From assembly GCA_037142615.1 (NCBI GenBank), contig JBAXAI010000035.1, positions 1 to 38,817 of the forward strand: a stretch of DNA of 38,817 nucleotides. Reading direction: 5' to 3'. Both the position numbers and the translations under genes were made by a program. The notes under the pieces were generated by a model. The model saw only the letters and a program-made list of their open reading frames with translations. It was not told the origin of the DNA and ran no database searches. Source of the stretch: Spirochaetales bacterium (lineage in GTDB: Bacteria; Spirochaetota; Spirochaetia; JABEVK01). Shown here piece after piece: positions 38,128-38,817 of this stretch. The first letter of the stretch is position 1. Each line of letters starts with the position of its first letter.

Positions 38128-38640
38128 ATGATCAATGCCGAGTTGGCTGGCTTCGATTGGGACGAGCACAACTCCGACAAGAACCGGAACAAGCATGGCG
38201 TCGAACCGACGGAATGCGAGGAAGTCTTCTTTCACCAACCACTCGTGGTGAGCCCAGACGTCAAGCATTCGCAGGTCGAGCCGAGGTTTCATGCGTTTGG
38301 ACCGACCGACAAAGGACGCCTGCTTATGTTGGTTTACACCGTTCGGAGCCAGAAGGTCCGGGTGATCTCAGCACGGAACCTGAGCAAATACCCAATTCCT
38401 GAGTTTGCCACGGAAGCCGAGGAGGCTCTGTTCTGGCAAGCCCACGACACTGTGGACTACGTTGATTGGTCCATGGCGAAGCCTGTGACGTTCGCGAACC
38501 TGCAACCCAGTCTTAAGAGCATATCGCTACGGCTCCCCGAACCCATGCTCGCGCGGCTCAAATCGCTCGCCAACGAGCGCGATGTGCCGTACCAGTCTCT
38601 GATCAAGATGATTCTTGCCGACCATCTCGCCCACTCCTGA
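38128..38640 (+). CDS. In-frame fusion of BrnT (DUF497) toxin and BrnA/CopG-like antitoxin
   Basis: GFDWDEHNSDKNRNKHGV...RVISAR joined to IPEFATEAEEALFW..HD..DY...ISLRLP...DVPYQSLIK. Confidence 0.82.
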   Translation: MINAELAGFDWDEHNSDKNRNKHGVEPTECEEVFFHQPLVVSPDVKHSQVEPRFHAFGPTDKGRLLMLVYTVRSQKVRVISARNLSKYPIPEFATEAEEALFWQAHDTVDYVDWSMAKPVTFANLQPSLKSISLRLPEPMLARLKSLANERDVPYQSLIKMILADHLAHS

Positions 38641-38751
38641 AGGAGACTACCCATGCCAACCACAACACACGGCCGACCCAAACTCGGCGCCGACGGCAAG
38701 CGCGTCAAAACTTTCGTTTTGGATACAAATGTGTCCCTTTAATTCATTGAC
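38641..38751 (+). repeat. Array repeat, most intact copy, with RBS, ATG and a 29-codon ORF
   Basis: AGGAG, ATG 38653, MPTTTHGRPKLGADGKRVKTFVLDTNVSL* (stop 38742); core GATACAAATGTGTC at 38722-38735. Confidence 0.92.
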
Positions 38752-38817
38752 GAATACGAGCCCTAGGAGCCTGTCGGAGTAGCGGACGCGAATTCCCACT
38801 AATGCTGAACGGTGATA

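Noticed and set aside
24901-38751. CRISPR array interpretation of the repeat
   Set aside because: Spacing is irregular and mostly hundreds to thousands of bases, intervals contain genes, the repeat is protein-coding in pattern, and no cas genes are present.
24901-38751. Classical integron with attC sites
   Set aside because: No consistent RYYYAAC...GTTRRRY ends were seen, there is no intI in the window, and the left arm is a gene 5' end.
1-38817. tRNA, rRNA, transposase or integrase genes
   Set aside because: None recognised by eye or in the ORF track; a covariance or HMM search was not possible.

Overview
GC-rich bacterial chromosomal window in two halves. 1-24850 is mostly intact metabolism: a partial Gfo/Idh/MocA oxidoreductase, an ars cluster (arsR, acr3, arsC, internally deleted arsM), and a long minus-strand run of genes. 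That run holds a GlpP-type antiterminator with a leader hairpin, an E. coli ygc-like FAD oxidoreductase/MFS/ETF/SDR/FGGY kinase set, SurE, an osmoprotectant-type ABC transporter and a flavocytochrome c flavin subunit. It is followed by a ketose 3-epimerase, an AEC transporter, a GGDEF protein and a sugar kinase-HAD/DHS-like/phosphomannose isomerase/ROK cluster. 24900-38817 is an accessory array dominated by type II toxin-antitoxin modules and their remnants. The main observation is that this array is punctuated by about 13 same-orientation copies or fragments of one sequence. It encodes the first ~27 codons of a PIN-domain, probably PhoH2/YlaK-type, gene (MPTT..PKLGADGKRVKTFVLDT(N)V) and ends in a palindrome GAYAC-N4-GTRTC plus a non-coding arm. 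The copies differ mainly at synonymous positions and the most complete ones are on the right. This suggests an integron-like array built by repeated site-specific insertion at the D-T-N codons of one gene, each incoming unit supplying a new 5' end. No recombinase and no intact target gene lie in the window, so the mechanism is inference.
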